Of a stretch of 64,000 bases of DNA, positions 9,288-18,976 are shown one piece after another. The notes under the pieces were generated by a model. That model saw only the letters and a program-made list of their open reading frames with translations. It was not told where the DNA came from and made no database searches. The first letter of the stretch is position 1. Each line of letters opens with the position of its first letter. The DNA comes from an uncultured archaeon (GTDB taxonomy: Archaea; Iainarchaeota; Iainarchaeia; Iainarchaeales; GCA-2688035): the NCBI GenBank assembly GCA_964354805.1, contig CAYHBD010000035.1, positions 1-64,000 of the forward strand. The letters run 5' to 3'. Position numbers and translations under genes: made by a program.

Positions 9288-9638
9288 CAAAAAAACCCCG
9301 CAATCTGCAAGCTGTGCCAGTCCATTTAAAACGCTCCTGTGCCAAACAATTAGTTTAATGCTATAATTAAAGTTTTTGGTTAAAGAGCCAAAAGCCATTT
9401 TTCAAAAAAATTGCACTCTGCTATCTCAATTGCTTTTAATTTTCAAAAAGAGATATGCCTAAAAAAAATTTCAAAAAACATGCCTAAAAGAAACCTTTTT
9501 AAAAAAAAAACAATATTTCAAAAATAGCAAAAAAAAGCCACGAAGAAAGGTTTTTATATTAGAATATTGTTTTAGTATAAAGATTTCCTACATAATTTTT
9601 TGGGGCATTCAAATCAACAAATTTAGGAGGTAGTTTCT

Positions 9639-12600
9639 GTGAATAGCTTACTGAAGATTATATTATTGGCAACACTGTTTTTGTATGTTGCTTCAACAGC
9701 CAGCGCTGCTGTTTTAACCGACCTGAACGCATGGGATACAAACGGCGCCAGGCACGCAAACAGGGGTGAAGACTTCAACGTAAAGATTACAAGCTCCCAA
9801 AGTTGGGCTGTAACAAACGACTACAACTATGTAGTTGCATTAAGCTACCGCGGCAGATATGTTGATCTGAATGTAAAAGTTTTAGCCGGAACAGAAGCGG
9901 CCGCAAGCTTCAACAATGGCATTGCCGGCGGAATTGACGCAAACGTCAAAAGTTTGACCTTAAACGGTCCCGGGCCGTGCAACGGAGCCGGAGACGTGAA
10001 CGTTATAATTTTACACGATGGCAGAGTTAATGATGTAAACACATTCAATGTAACTGTAACAGTTCCATCCACTGGAACAATAAACAACCTTGTGGGAAAA
10101 GAGGTTTTAGTAGAGCTTTGGGGTTTAACAAACACACCAGGGACAACAGTAGCCACCTGCATTGCAAAGGCAGCTGACGCAAACTTTATAGTAGGGCCAG
10201 CAATCATTTTAAGACCAGTTCCAGAGGAAGGGGCGCCTGGAGTTGGATCCATTGACACAAACATGACAATATTGGGATATGGTTTTTCTAGGGACACAAA
10301 TGTTTCATTCAGGTTGTCCGATACTAACAGAACATCAACAGGAGACCTGAATATCTGCGATGTTAACGAAACAAACCCTTACCACGGGTTTATCACAACT
10401 TCCCCACGCATAGCAGACAGCGTGTACAGCAACGGGGATACAGTTACCAGAACTGCAAAGGGCCCAGCGCCTTATACAGGCGGGTATGTTGTAACAGACA
10501 CAAATGGAGACTTTGATGTCAACATAATGATTCCGCCAGTGTCAAGCAATTCAATGGCAGGACCAGCCGGAGCGCCGGACAACAACATAAATGCTAGGAA
10601 TAACATTGCACTGGATGCAAACGCCTGGATTGTAATAACGCCAAGCATAACAATGGGCGCAGGAGACGAGAACGTTACTGTTGGAGTATGCACTTACAGA
10701 GGCCTAACATTGAATGATTCAGATGCCAACTGCAGCGCTGTTGGCGGAACCTTCCAAAGGGTAACAGTGGAAAAAGCAATGAGGAGCAACTGGATTCTGA
10801 ACATGGAGAGGGTTGAGGCATTCCAGGTGCAGATGTGCGACAGGCCATGCTCGACTGCTGGAGCAGCGACACTTGTCCTGATAGCATTCAACTCAGACAT
10901 GAATATGTCAAGGGGGCCGCAAAGGAACTATGGAAGAGACATGAACGCGCAGGCAGGCAGGGCAAAGATAGACACTGACCAGATGCCGGAATTCGCCATG
11001 GACGCCAACATAACAATATACAACGTAAAGGTTCCAAGCGGCGCAATGCCTGTTCTTGCAAGAAACGGCATTGTTTGCCCAACATCAATGTGCAAAAACA
11101 GGGACGGAAGCGCTCTATCGCAAACATACGTTGACAGCGTTGTTCCAGGCGTAAGAACCTGGGCATACAATCCGGATGCAGGCGACGGAAACATTGCTTT
11201 CAGAGTCAGCACATTCTCATCTTACGAAGCAGGAAACCTGAGTGTTGAAGTGCTTACGCCAAACGGCGGAGAGAAAATCAGGACGCCAAGGCATGGCATG
11301 GATGCAAACGCTTGGCAAATCCAGTTCCAATTCAAGGACAACAACACACAGGACAACAATTTGGATAAACTTTATAGAACTGACGCCAACTTTCCAATGA
11401 AGGCAATAATTTATTACTCTGATTACAATGGCTCGAAAACAGGGGTAATAATAGATGACGGAGACCTGTTTGACAATATTGGAATCAGGTGCAATGGATG
11501 GAGCACGTTCGGTTATAGGGGAAGCACTGTCAGCAATGATTTGAACCTTGCCTACGATTGGAAGACATGCGTGTTTGACTTGAACAGGAGCGACGCAAAC
11601 ATCGTGGGGGAGTTCTTGATTGATGTCAACGTAATGGACCCATGGGGCAGAGACACTGGCCTTACAAGCAGAACAGTCATAGGCCACAGCGACGCAAACG
11701 TTTTCTTCAACCCGCCGCTGATTGAAATAACCGATTTAAACCTGAACACAGGCCCCAACTTTGTAATGAACAATGGAGTTGGAGCCTGCCCAGACAGCGG
11801 CTGTTTGGCAGATGTTAACTATGACATAGATTTCAACATCTACCTGCCTGACATAAACGCTGACTTGAACTTTACTTTAGCTGACTACAATGTCCACTTC
11901 TATTTGAGCACTGTCCAGGGGGCAACTGCAGCAGGAAAAGCAAGCGACTTGAACTCAGGCGGCCTGGGAAGAATGTTCGACTTTAGCCTTGGACCAGTTG
12001 CAGGGCGCACATGGATAAGTCACAGTACTGGCGTGGACGCTAACAATTTAGGCTTGTATGTAGAATGCACTCCGCCGCCGGCAGCTTATCCATTCTGGGA
12101 CTATAATTGCATTGCAAAATACGATACAAATGGTGTAATAGAGGGAAGATTCTATCTGGTTGCAAAGATTTTCAACAACAAAACCAGGTGGAGAGTTAAC
12201 TCAGCTGGCCCGAGGTGGAGCAGCGACTATAACACAATGCACAGGATTGATGTAAACGAGTTATGGGACATAAACAGCAGCATATACCAGTTTGCTATAA
12301 ACGACAACAATGCGCCGAGAACAAGCAGCGATTCAACTACCTCAACAACAGCAAGCGAGTACAGCATGACCATAAGCTGCGATGACAATGCATCAAACAT
12401 TCAAAATTACTTCTTTGAGGAAAGCGGCGGCAGCTGGATTAACAATGGCACAACAACGACATACACTTTCTCGCTTGGCAGCGCGACATTGCCAATTACA
12501 AAGACATATTACGGAGGCTGCAAAGACTATGCCGGCAACACAAGCGACATAAATGTTACACACACTGTTACATTCCAGGCATCCAGCGGCGGAAACCCAC

Positions 12601-13478
12601 CCGCAGACGGTGGCGATGACGGGGGCGGTGGCGGAGGAGGCGGCGGTGAAGTAACGCCTGGCACTGAAACAATACTAGAGCAGACGATTTCAAACAAGCC
12701 AACTGCTGCAGAGATTACAAGCATTTTGACAGCGGCCGGCGCAAGCCAGACAGCGATTGAAAAAGCAAGCGCTGCTGTTGGCAAAACAAGCGTATCAAGA
12801 ACAATTAAAGTTGAGAAAACAACTGATGCAACAGGGGCAGTGAGCTACAAGACAACGATTAAAATCAGCGTTGAGAACCCGAACAAGAGCAAAAAGATGG
12901 TCAAGGTAAAGGTCACTGACCAGATTCCAAAATCAGTTATCAACACACTGAAGAAAGAGGACATAACAAGCAGCTACGCATTCGAGATATTGAAAGCAGA
13001 CCCAATAATCCAGTTCACAATTGATTCAATAGGACCAAACAGCAAAACACAGCTGAGCTACACCATCAACAAGCAGGTTACAAAAAGTAGTGCAAATTCT
13101 TGGACGCAGCCTATAACGGCTGACTTGCAGGAAGCTGAACTGTGCGAGGGCGTCAGCTGCCCAGACAGGGCTTGCCAGACTGGCAGATGCGATACATTAA
13201 CAGGCAGGTGCCAGTACACCAACAAGGCTGATGGCACAGTATGCGATGGAACAAAGGAATGCAAGAGCGGTTCATGTGTTGAGAAGCCGCCTGTTGGACC
13301 AGTTTGCGGAAACGGAACATGCGAAGCAGGCGAGGATTCAGCGAACTGCGCAAGTGACTGCCCGGCAGCAGCACCTGACTGGACAATGGCAATCATTGCA
13401 GTGATAGTGATAATAGTCATAGCAGGCGCAGCAATATATTATACAAAGGGAAAGAAAAAGCGCAAATTAGGAAAGTAA
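9639..13478 (+). CDS. Large C-terminally anchored surface (S-layer-like or adhesin) protein, 1279 aa
   Basis: Strong SD AGGAGGT; signal peptide (ASA-A); Asn/Asp/Thr-rich beta region; poly-Gly linker; Cys-rich modules (CGNGTCEAGEDSANCASDC); C-terminal TM helix and basic tail. Confidence 0.9.
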   Translation: MNSLLKIILLATLFLYVASTASAAVLTDLNAWDTNGARHANRGEDFNVKITSSQSWAVTNDYNYVVALSYRGRYVDLNVKVLAGTEAAASFNNGIAGGIDANVKSLTLNGPGPCNGAGDVNVIILHDGRVNDVNTFNVTVTVPSTGTINNLVGKEVLVELWGLTNTPGTTVATCIAKAADANFIVGPAIILRPVPEEGAPGVGSIDTNMTILGYGFSRDTNVSFRLSDTNRTSTGDLNICDVNETNPYHGFITTSPRIADSVYSNGDTVTRTAKGPAPYTGGYVVTDTNGDFDVNIMIPPVSSNSMAGPAGAPDNNINARNNIALDANAWIVITPSITMGAGDENVTVGVCTYRGLTLNDSDANCSAVGGTFQRVTVEKAMRSNWILNMERVEAFQVQMCDRPCSTAGAATLVLIAFNSDMNMSRGPQRNYGRDMNAQAGRAKIDTDQMPEFAMDANITIYNVKVPSGAMPVLARNGIVCPTSMCKNRDGSALSQTYVDSVVPGVRTWAYNPDAGDGNIAFRVSTFSSYEAGNLSVEVLTPNGGEKIRTPRHGMDANAWQIQFQFKDNNTQDNNLDKLYRTDANFPMKAIIYYSDYNGSKTGVIIDDGDLFDNIGIRCNGWSTFGYRGSTVSNDLNLAYDWKTCVFDLNRSDANIVGEFLIDVNVMDPWGRDTGLTSRTVIGHSDANVFFNPPLIEITDLNLNTGPNFVMNNGVGACPDSGCLADVNYDIDFNIYLPDINADLNFTLADYNVHFYLSTVQGATAAGKASDLNSGGLGRMFDFSLGPVAGRTWISHSTGVDANNLGLYVECTPPPAAYPFWDYNCIAKYDTNGVIEGRFYLVAKIFNNKTRWRVNSAGPRWSSDYNTMHRIDVNELWDINSSIYQFAINDNNAPRTSSDSTTSTTASEYSMTISCDDNASNIQNYFFEESGGSWINNGTTTTYTFSLGSATLPITKTYYGGCKDYAGNTSDINVTHTVTFQASSGGNPPADGGDDGGGGGGGGGEVTPGTETILEQTISNKPTAAEITSILTAAGASQTAIEKASAAVGKTSVSRTIKVEKTTDATGAVSYKTTIKISVENPNKSKKMVKVKVTDQIPKSVINTLKKEDITSSYAFEILKADPIIQFTIDSIGPNSKTQLSYTINKQVTKSSANSWTQPITADLQEAELCEGVSCPDRACQTGRCDTLTGRCQYTNKADGTVCDGTKECKSGSCVEKPPVGPVCGNGTCEAGEDSANCASDCPAAAPDWTMAIIAVIVIIVIAGAAIYYTKGKKKRKLGK

Positions 13479-13611
13479 TGAAAAAATTTGCGAGGCTTTT
13501 TTCCCATTCTTTTTCTTCTTTTTTTAATCTCTTATATATCGGAAAGCGGGCACTTAGCCAATCGACGAATTTTATTGTGTATTTAAAATAGTTGCCTGGC
13601 AGCGCTTTTTT

Positions 13612-15066
13612 ATGGCAGGGGCAGGCAATGGCGTTGAGCAGGCGGCAGGGCTGCTTGGGTGGAATTTAATTAAGGGAAATGGCGGCAGAATCATTGAAAG
13701 CAACGGGAATTTTTTTATTGGACAGGCAGAAAACGGCGAAAGAAAATATTGCATTAATGCCTTCCCAACCATTTCAATTGAAGAAGCGCGATTTCTGCAC
13801 GATGCACTGGGCGAATTGCAGGAAAGCAGCAAAAAGCTTGGCACCTGCGGCATTAAAAAATTTCTGCGCTACTTCTGCATCAGGAATTTAATTGAACTGG
13901 ACAAAGAACAGGTGCAATACTGCACTTTGCTGCTGCAGAAAATGGTTTTTGGCTTTGGCCCTCTTGACTTTGTCCTAGCAGATGATGAAATTGAAGAAAT
14001 CGCCATAATCGGCACTGGAATGGAAAAGCCTGTACAGGTTTTCCACTGCAGGCATGGCTGGCTGCCTACAAACATCTTCTTCGCTGACAGCAATTCGGTC
14101 AGGGACACGGTGAACAAAATGGCTGCATGCATTGGAAGAAGGCTGACCTTAAACAGCCCAGTACTGAATGCAACTCTTCCGGATGGAAGCAGGCTGAATG
14201 CAGCAATAAACCCAGTTTCATTCACCGGACCAAGCGTTACAATAAGGAAATTCAAGAAAAATCCATTCACCCCGCTGCAGCTGATTGAGAATAAAACATT
14301 CAGCCCAGAGGCAATGGCTTTTCTTTGGGTTGCAATGCAGTGCGATTGCGCTGTCCTGATTGCCGGAAACACCGGAAGCGGGAAAACAAGCAGCCTGAAT
14401 GCACTGTTCAGCTTCGTTCCTGCAAACGAAAGGATTGTGGTTGTTGAAGAAACGCCTGAAATAAGGCTGCCTCACCAGCATTTGGTAAAACTTAATGTTG
14501 TGAAAGAGCAGAACATTGCAATGCAAAACCTGATTGTCGACACTCTGAGAATGCGGCCTGACAGGATTGTTGTAGGCGAAGTGAGAAGCAGCGAGGAAAC
14601 AAAGGCATTCATTGATACATTGCTTGCAGGGCAGGGAAAGGGCAGCTATGCAACCTTCCACAGCCAGAGCGCAAAAGAGGCTGCAAACAGGATGAAGGCG
14701 CTTGGCATTGATGAAACAGACATTGGAGCCCTTGATTTAATTATTGTGCAGAGGCGCTGGAGCAGGGTTGATCCCTCCACCGGAAAAACAGCTGAAATGC
14801 GGAGGATAATGGAAATAACGGAACTGCAGGAAGAAAATGGCGCTGCTTCGTTCAATCCGCTTTTCCAATACGATTTTAGCCAGGACAAGCTGCTGCCTGT
14901 TGGCGAAAGCAAGCGGGTTGCATTGAAGGCAATGAACTGCTTTGCATTGAACAGGAAACAGCTGGATGCAGAGATCGGGCGAAGGGCTGGGCTGCTGCGC
15001 AAAAGTATTGGCAGGCAAATCGGAATTGAAGAATTCTTCCGGCTGGTGAACAGCAAATGGAACTGA
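13612..15066 (+). CDS. VirB11/TadA/CpaF-family secretion or pilus ATPase (module 1)
   Basis: LPDGSRLNA, TIRKF, Walker A GNTGSGKT, VEETPE, LRMRPDRIVVGEVR, ATFH. Confidence 0.93.
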   Translation: MAGAGNGVEQAAGLLGWNLIKGNGGRIIESNGNFFIGQAENGERKYCINAFPTISIEEARFLHDALGELQESSKKLGTCGIKKFLRYFCIRNLIELDKEQVQYCTLLLQKMVFGFGPLDFVLADDEIEEIAIIGTGMEKPVQVFHCRHGWLPTNIFFADSNSVRDTVNKMAACIGRRLTLNSPVLNATLPDGSRLNAAINPVSFTGPSVTIRKFKKNPFTPLQLIENKTFSPEAMAFLWVAMQCDCAVLIAGNTGSGKTSSLNALFSFVPANERIVVVEETPEIRLPHQHLVKLNVVKEQNIAMQNLIVDTLRMRPDRIVVGEVRSSEETKAFIDTLLAGQGKGSYATFHSQSAKEAANRMKALGIDETDIGALDLIIVQRRWSRVDPSTGKTAEMRRIMEITELQEENGAASFNPLFQYDFSQDKLLPVGESKRVALKAMNCFALNRKQLDAEIGRRAGLLRKSIGRQIGIEEFFRLVNSKWN

Positions 15067-16268
15067 AAAGCAAAAAAAGCCGCGAAAATAAAAAAATTTT
15101 CGCAATCGGCCAATGGCAGATTGAATTAAAGAGAAAAAAAGCAGGCAAAAAGGGAAATTTCCCTGCAATTGACGAATTGGCTGCAGACGCAAAAAAAAGA
15201 ATCAATAGATTGAATGAGCAGATAACCGCTCTGAAAAAAAAGGCAGCCCTGCTTTTGGCGGAAAAGGCAGCGGCATTTGAAAAACAAAAGAGCGAATTGA
15301 GAAAAAGAATGAAGGAAATAAATTCATCAAATTTCTTTTCAGCCAATGAAAAAGCGGCATCTCTGAGAAAAAGAATGAAGGAAATAAATTACGCGAAATT
15401 TTTTGCCAAAGCAAACCTGAAAAAAAACGGGTTAAAAAAGGCGAAACTTTTCGCAAAGCCGAATTTTAAGACACTGAGATTGGGCGCACCAAAATTTTCC
15501 GCGTTTGAAAAGAGTAAAATAGGGGGAATTCTTTCAAGCGAAGGTAGCAAAAAAAGCGCACCCGAAGCCGCGCTTACAGCAATCTTTGCGTGGTTTGTTG
15601 CAGCTCTGCTGCTGGGCAATATCCTGCTTGGTGCGCTTTATGCGCTTGCTGCTTTTTGCGCAGCATTCGGCCTGCTGCTCTACTATCCTGCAATTAAAAA
15701 GAAAAATTACGCAAAAAGAGTTGAAGCCCAGCTGCCTTTCGTTCTGCTGAACATCGCGATTGAACTGAATCTGGGCATTGATTTTCTGCGCTGCCTGCAG
15801 CACGCGGCAAAACAAAGGGGCGAAGCAGCAAACGAATTCAGAAAGGCGGTAATTGCAATTGAAAGGCAGGGGGCAACAGTGCAGGATGCAATGCTGCAGA
15901 TGGCTGCAAGAGTAAACAGCAGGATGCTGAACAGGAGCATTGTTCAGCTTGTTGCCGCATTCGAGCAGGGGGCAAAGCAGGCAGCAGGCGAGCCCATAAA
16001 AAAAATCGCTGCAGAGATATTGTCAAGGCAGAAAATTGAAAGCAAATTGTTCGCAGGAAAACTGGTTGTTCTCTCGCTGCTGTTCATTGCAGTCTCGGCA
16101 ATTGTCCCTGCATTATTCCAAAGCTTCACAATTGTCGGAAGCATGGTACTGAAAACGCAGTTCACTGCAATGCAGGTCTTCCTGATAATTGTTTTGCTTT
16201 TCCCGCTGCTTGATTTGCTTGTTTTGTTTTATATAAAGAGCAAAACACCGATTTTCCTAAGAGGCTGA
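15057..16268 (+). CDS. TadB/TadC-like (T2SS F family) membrane platform protein
   Basis: Overlaps the ATPase stop codon; TM pair, then VEAQLPFVLLNIA...EF...G..V.DAM, then two C-terminal TM helices. The Lys-rich N-terminal extension makes the start uncertain. Confidence 0.8.
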   Translation: MELKSKKSRENKKIFAIGQWQIELKRKKAGKKGNFPAIDELAADAKKRINRLNEQITALKKKAALLLAEKAAAFEKQKSELRKRMKEINSSNFFSANEKAASLRKRMKEINYAKFFAKANLKKNGLKKAKLFAKPNFKTLRLGAPKFSAFEKSKIGGILSSEGSKKSAPEAALTAIFAWFVAALLLGNILLGALYALAAFCAAFGLLLYYPAIKKKNYAKRVEAQLPFVLLNIAIELNLGIDFLRCLQHAAKQRGEAANEFRKAVIAIERQGATVQDAMLQMAARVNSRMLNRSIVQLVAAFEQGAKQAAGEPIKKIAAEILSRQKIESKLFAGKLVVLSLLFIAVSAIVPALFQSFTIVGSMVLKTQFTAMQVFLIIVLLFPLLDLLVLFYIKSKTPIFLRG

Positions 16269-16367
16269 AAAAATTGTTGAAAAAGTAGCAAAAAAAATGA
16301 ATTCAAAAAAAAAAGCTGGAAAAAAAACTGAAAAATTAATTCAAAAAAATTAAAGAGCTGAGCTTGA

Positions 16368-17345
16368 ATGAACGGCATGCAAAAAAACATTTTTAGTGAA
16401 TTGAATTGGCAAATATTGAGGAACTATATTGAAAAAGCAGCCTGGCAGTTCTTCCCAAAGCGCGCTTTTTGCGATTTTGAAGAAAAGCTGCAGATGAACA
16501 ACAGCAGCATGCAGAGCTTCCTTTCGCAATCCATCCTGCTCGGCTTTGCAGCAAGCATTGCATCAATTGCGCTGCTGTTCAACCTCAACCAGCAATTTGT
16601 CTACATAACACTTTTTTCTGTTGCGGCATTCTGCGCTCCGCTTTTGTTGAATTTTTTCCTGCAGGAATACATTTTTGAGAGAAACAAAAGGAAAAAAGAG
16701 GAAGCTGTTCCGGATTTGCTGCTGCACGCAAGCGTTTTCCCGCAAGGAACAGGCTTTGCTGCAATTCTTGACCAAATTGCAAAAGCCGATTTTGGCTTGC
16801 TCAGCCTGGAATTCAGGAAAGCAAGGCAGGAAATTGCTTTGGGTGCAAGCGTTCAAAAGGCATTGCGCAATTTGAGCAGGAGGAACAAAAGCGCTGTAAT
16901 CGACAGGGCAGCGAACCTGCTGCTGCAGGGCTATGAGAGCGGCGCTGACATGCACAGCATTTTCCATGAAACAGCTGCTGATTTGCTTGAAACAAACGCA
17001 ATACTGCAGGAGAGCAACGCTGCGCTGGTTGTTGAAAAATACACCCTGATGCTCGGAGGCGGCCTGATTGTTCCCATTGTCCTTGGATTGATTGCCTCAC
17101 TGATTGCAGGCTTTGATTTCAGCGGAAGCGAGCTGGTTGATTTGGGAATGGCTGCAGCTGAAAGGAGGACTATCCTTGCAGCAACGCTTCTTGCAAACAA
17201 GATTTACATTGCAGAATACGCCCTGATTGCATCATTTTTCATTGCATCGCAGGAAAACAATCCAAAAAAAGTGATATTGTACGCCAGCCTGCTGCTGCCA
17301 CTGAGCTTGTTCGCGTATTTTGCCGCAAACGCGTTCTCGTTTTGA
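16368..17345 (+). CDS. TadC-like (T2SS F family) membrane platform protein
   Basis: EEAVPDLL, FGLLSLEF, LGASVQKAL, GYESGAD; multiple TM helices. Confidence 0.88.
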   Translation: MNGMQKNIFSELNWQILRNYIEKAAWQFFPKRAFCDFEEKLQMNNSSMQSFLSQSILLGFAASIASIALLFNLNQQFVYITLFSVAAFCAPLLLNFFLQEYIFERNKRKKEEAVPDLLLHASVFPQGTGFAAILDQIAKADFGLLSLEFRKARQEIALGASVQKALRNLSRRNKSAVIDRAANLLLQGYESGADMHSIFHETAADLLETNAILQESNAALVVEKYTLMLGGGLIVPIVLGLIASLIAGFDFSGSELVDLGMAAAERRTILAATLLANKIYIAEYALIASFFIASQENNPKKVILYASLLLPLSLFAYFAANAFSF

Positions 17346-17412
17346 AAAAAAAAATCATTTTTTCTTTTTCTTTCCCTTTACTTTCACTTCGCTGCTGACA
17401 GCCCAGTCGCCG

Positions 17413-18012
17413 TCACGCCCGGCGGGTGCGAGTCCGATTGCTGCGCAATCGAACATGCTCGGCTTCGCCTCGCACCGCCCAGTAGAACCATGCAATGTAC
17501 AAAACGGCTATTGTGAAGAAGAGGAATACCCTGAACAGGATGTTGTGGGTGAATTCAATCAAGCCAATGTCGCTGCTGCCCAAAATCAAAATTGCTGCAA
17601 CAAAAATTCTTGCGAAATTGAATGCAATTGCCGCAACAGCTGCAATTGCAGCGCCAAGCAAGCGCTTTCTCCAGTCAATTCCGAGAGATGCAATTATTGC
17701 GCTCACTATTATCAGCAGCTCCATTCTGCCTGTGCAAAGCTCGCTTATCTCAATGCTTTTCCCGTTCTGCAATTCAATCAAAACAGTTTCATTCAAGGCA
17801 ACCGTTCCGCTGCTGCCTGTTGCCTGCAGTGCAGCCAGGACATTGTTCGCAATGAATGCCTCGTGCGCCATGATTGGAAAAAAGGAATCAAACAGCAGGG
17901 ACGCAGCCAAGTAAACCAATACAAAGAATAACAGGAACCTGCCTGTCTTTGACGCATCCGATTTTTCGAAGCGGAAATTCAAGGGCTTTAGAAGATTGCC
18001 AAGCGTGCTCAT
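17413..18012 (-). CDS. Archaeosortase/exosortase family protein
   Basis: Multi-TM protein with ISELCTG (catalytic Cys), FNFARI (Arg) and FTHNILFR (His/Arg). Confidence 0.85.
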   Translation of the reverse strand: MSTLGNLLKPLNFRFEKSDASKTGRFLLFFVLVYLAASLLFDSFFPIMAHEAFIANNVLAALQATGSSGTVALNETVLIELQNGKSIEISELCTGRMELLIIVSAIIASLGIDWRKRLLGAAIAAVAAIAFNFARIFVAAILILGSSDIGLIEFTHNILFRVFLFFTIAVLYIAWFYWAVRGEAEHVRLRSNRTRTRRA

Positions 18013-18069
18013 GTGGAACTAATAATGAAGAGAAAAAATTAAATACTGCTAACCCCCTTATTTTCTGTT

Positions 18070-18444
18070 ATGGCAATATCTCGTGGAAGGGGCCGAAGGC
18101 CATCGTCAATAGTGGTAAAGAAACAAACAGGCAAAGGATACTCTGCTGGCAGGCTAAAGGCGTTCAGGGGAAAATATGCTGCACGGACGGCTGCAAGGGT
18201 ACAGACAGCAATGCGAGAAATTCTTGCTGTTTATCAGCCAGACTGGCCTTTTGTCCCAGTAGATCCGAGAACAAAAAGAAGAACCAGAAGCGGAATCGCA
18301 TTATGGCTGCTCAGGTCTGGGCTTGTAACTGCCTTCGCACACGAAGGAGATATTCTAAAGGTCTTGGAAAAGCTTGTCAGGCAGAGAAAAATCAAGCTGC
18401 CGCAAAAAACCACAAGCGGCGGCGCTCACAAAAAGAAAAAATAG
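18070..18444 (+). CDS. Small very basic protein, paralog A
   Basis: Shares a ~78-aa C-terminal domain with the next ORF (AMREI.AVY.P.WPFVP.DP...IALWLLRSG...LEKLVRQRKIKLPQKTTSGG). Confidence 0.8.
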   Translation: MAISRGRGRRPSSIVVKKQTGKGYSAGRLKAFRGKYAARTAARVQTAMREILAVYQPDWPFVPVDPRTKRRTRSGIALWLLRSGLVTAFAHEGDILKVLEKLVRQRKIKLPQKTTSGGAHKKKK

Positions 18445-18465
18445 TTTTTTCACCAAGGTAATGTT

Positions 18466-18882
18466 ATGGTAAAGCCACTAAGTCACTCATTGACAATGGG
18501 GGCAAAACATGCTGTAAGGCCATCTGTAGAAGGGGTTACAGGCAGAAAACCCAGACAGCTTTCCGAGGCACGGATAAAGCGAATGCGTGAAACATTGGCC
18601 AAAGGCTTGGCAACTAGCAACAAAAAAGCCGCTGAAAGGCAGCAGCAGGCAATGAAAGAAATCATGGCAGCTTATAAGCCAGGCTGGCCATTTGTTCCAA
18701 TAGACCCAAATATAGGGACACAGACAAGGCACAGCATTGCACTATGGCTGCTCAGGTCAGGCACTGTAACTGTCTTTAGGAATGAAACAGGCATTTTGAA
18801 TGCCTTGGAAAAGCTTGTCAGGCAGAGAAAAATCAAGCTGCCGCAAAAAACCACAAGCGGCGGCGCAAGGAAAAAGAAATAA
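18466..18882 (+). CDS. Small very basic protein, paralog B
   Basis: Tandem paralog of 18070-18444; 63 nt identical between 18363-18425 and 18804-18866. Confidence 0.8.
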   Translation: MVKPLSHSLTMGAKHAVRPSVEGVTGRKPRQLSEARIKRMRETLAKGLATSNKKAAERQQQAMKEIMAAYKPGWPFVPIDPNIGTQTRHSIALWLLRSGTVTVFRNETGILNALEKLVRQRKIKLPQKTTSGGARKKK

Positions 18883-18976
18883 CCCCTGTTTTCTTCACTT
18901 TTTCTTTTCCCTCAATCAATAAATATAAGTTAATTCTTTTATAAATAGAGAAAAATTATTTTTAGGGTAGTCCTGT

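Noticed and set aside
9441-9490. Short direct repeat TTTCAAAAA...ATGCCTAAAA x2 upstream of the surface protein
   Set aside because: Could be an operator, but it is low-complexity and A-rich, so too weak to call.
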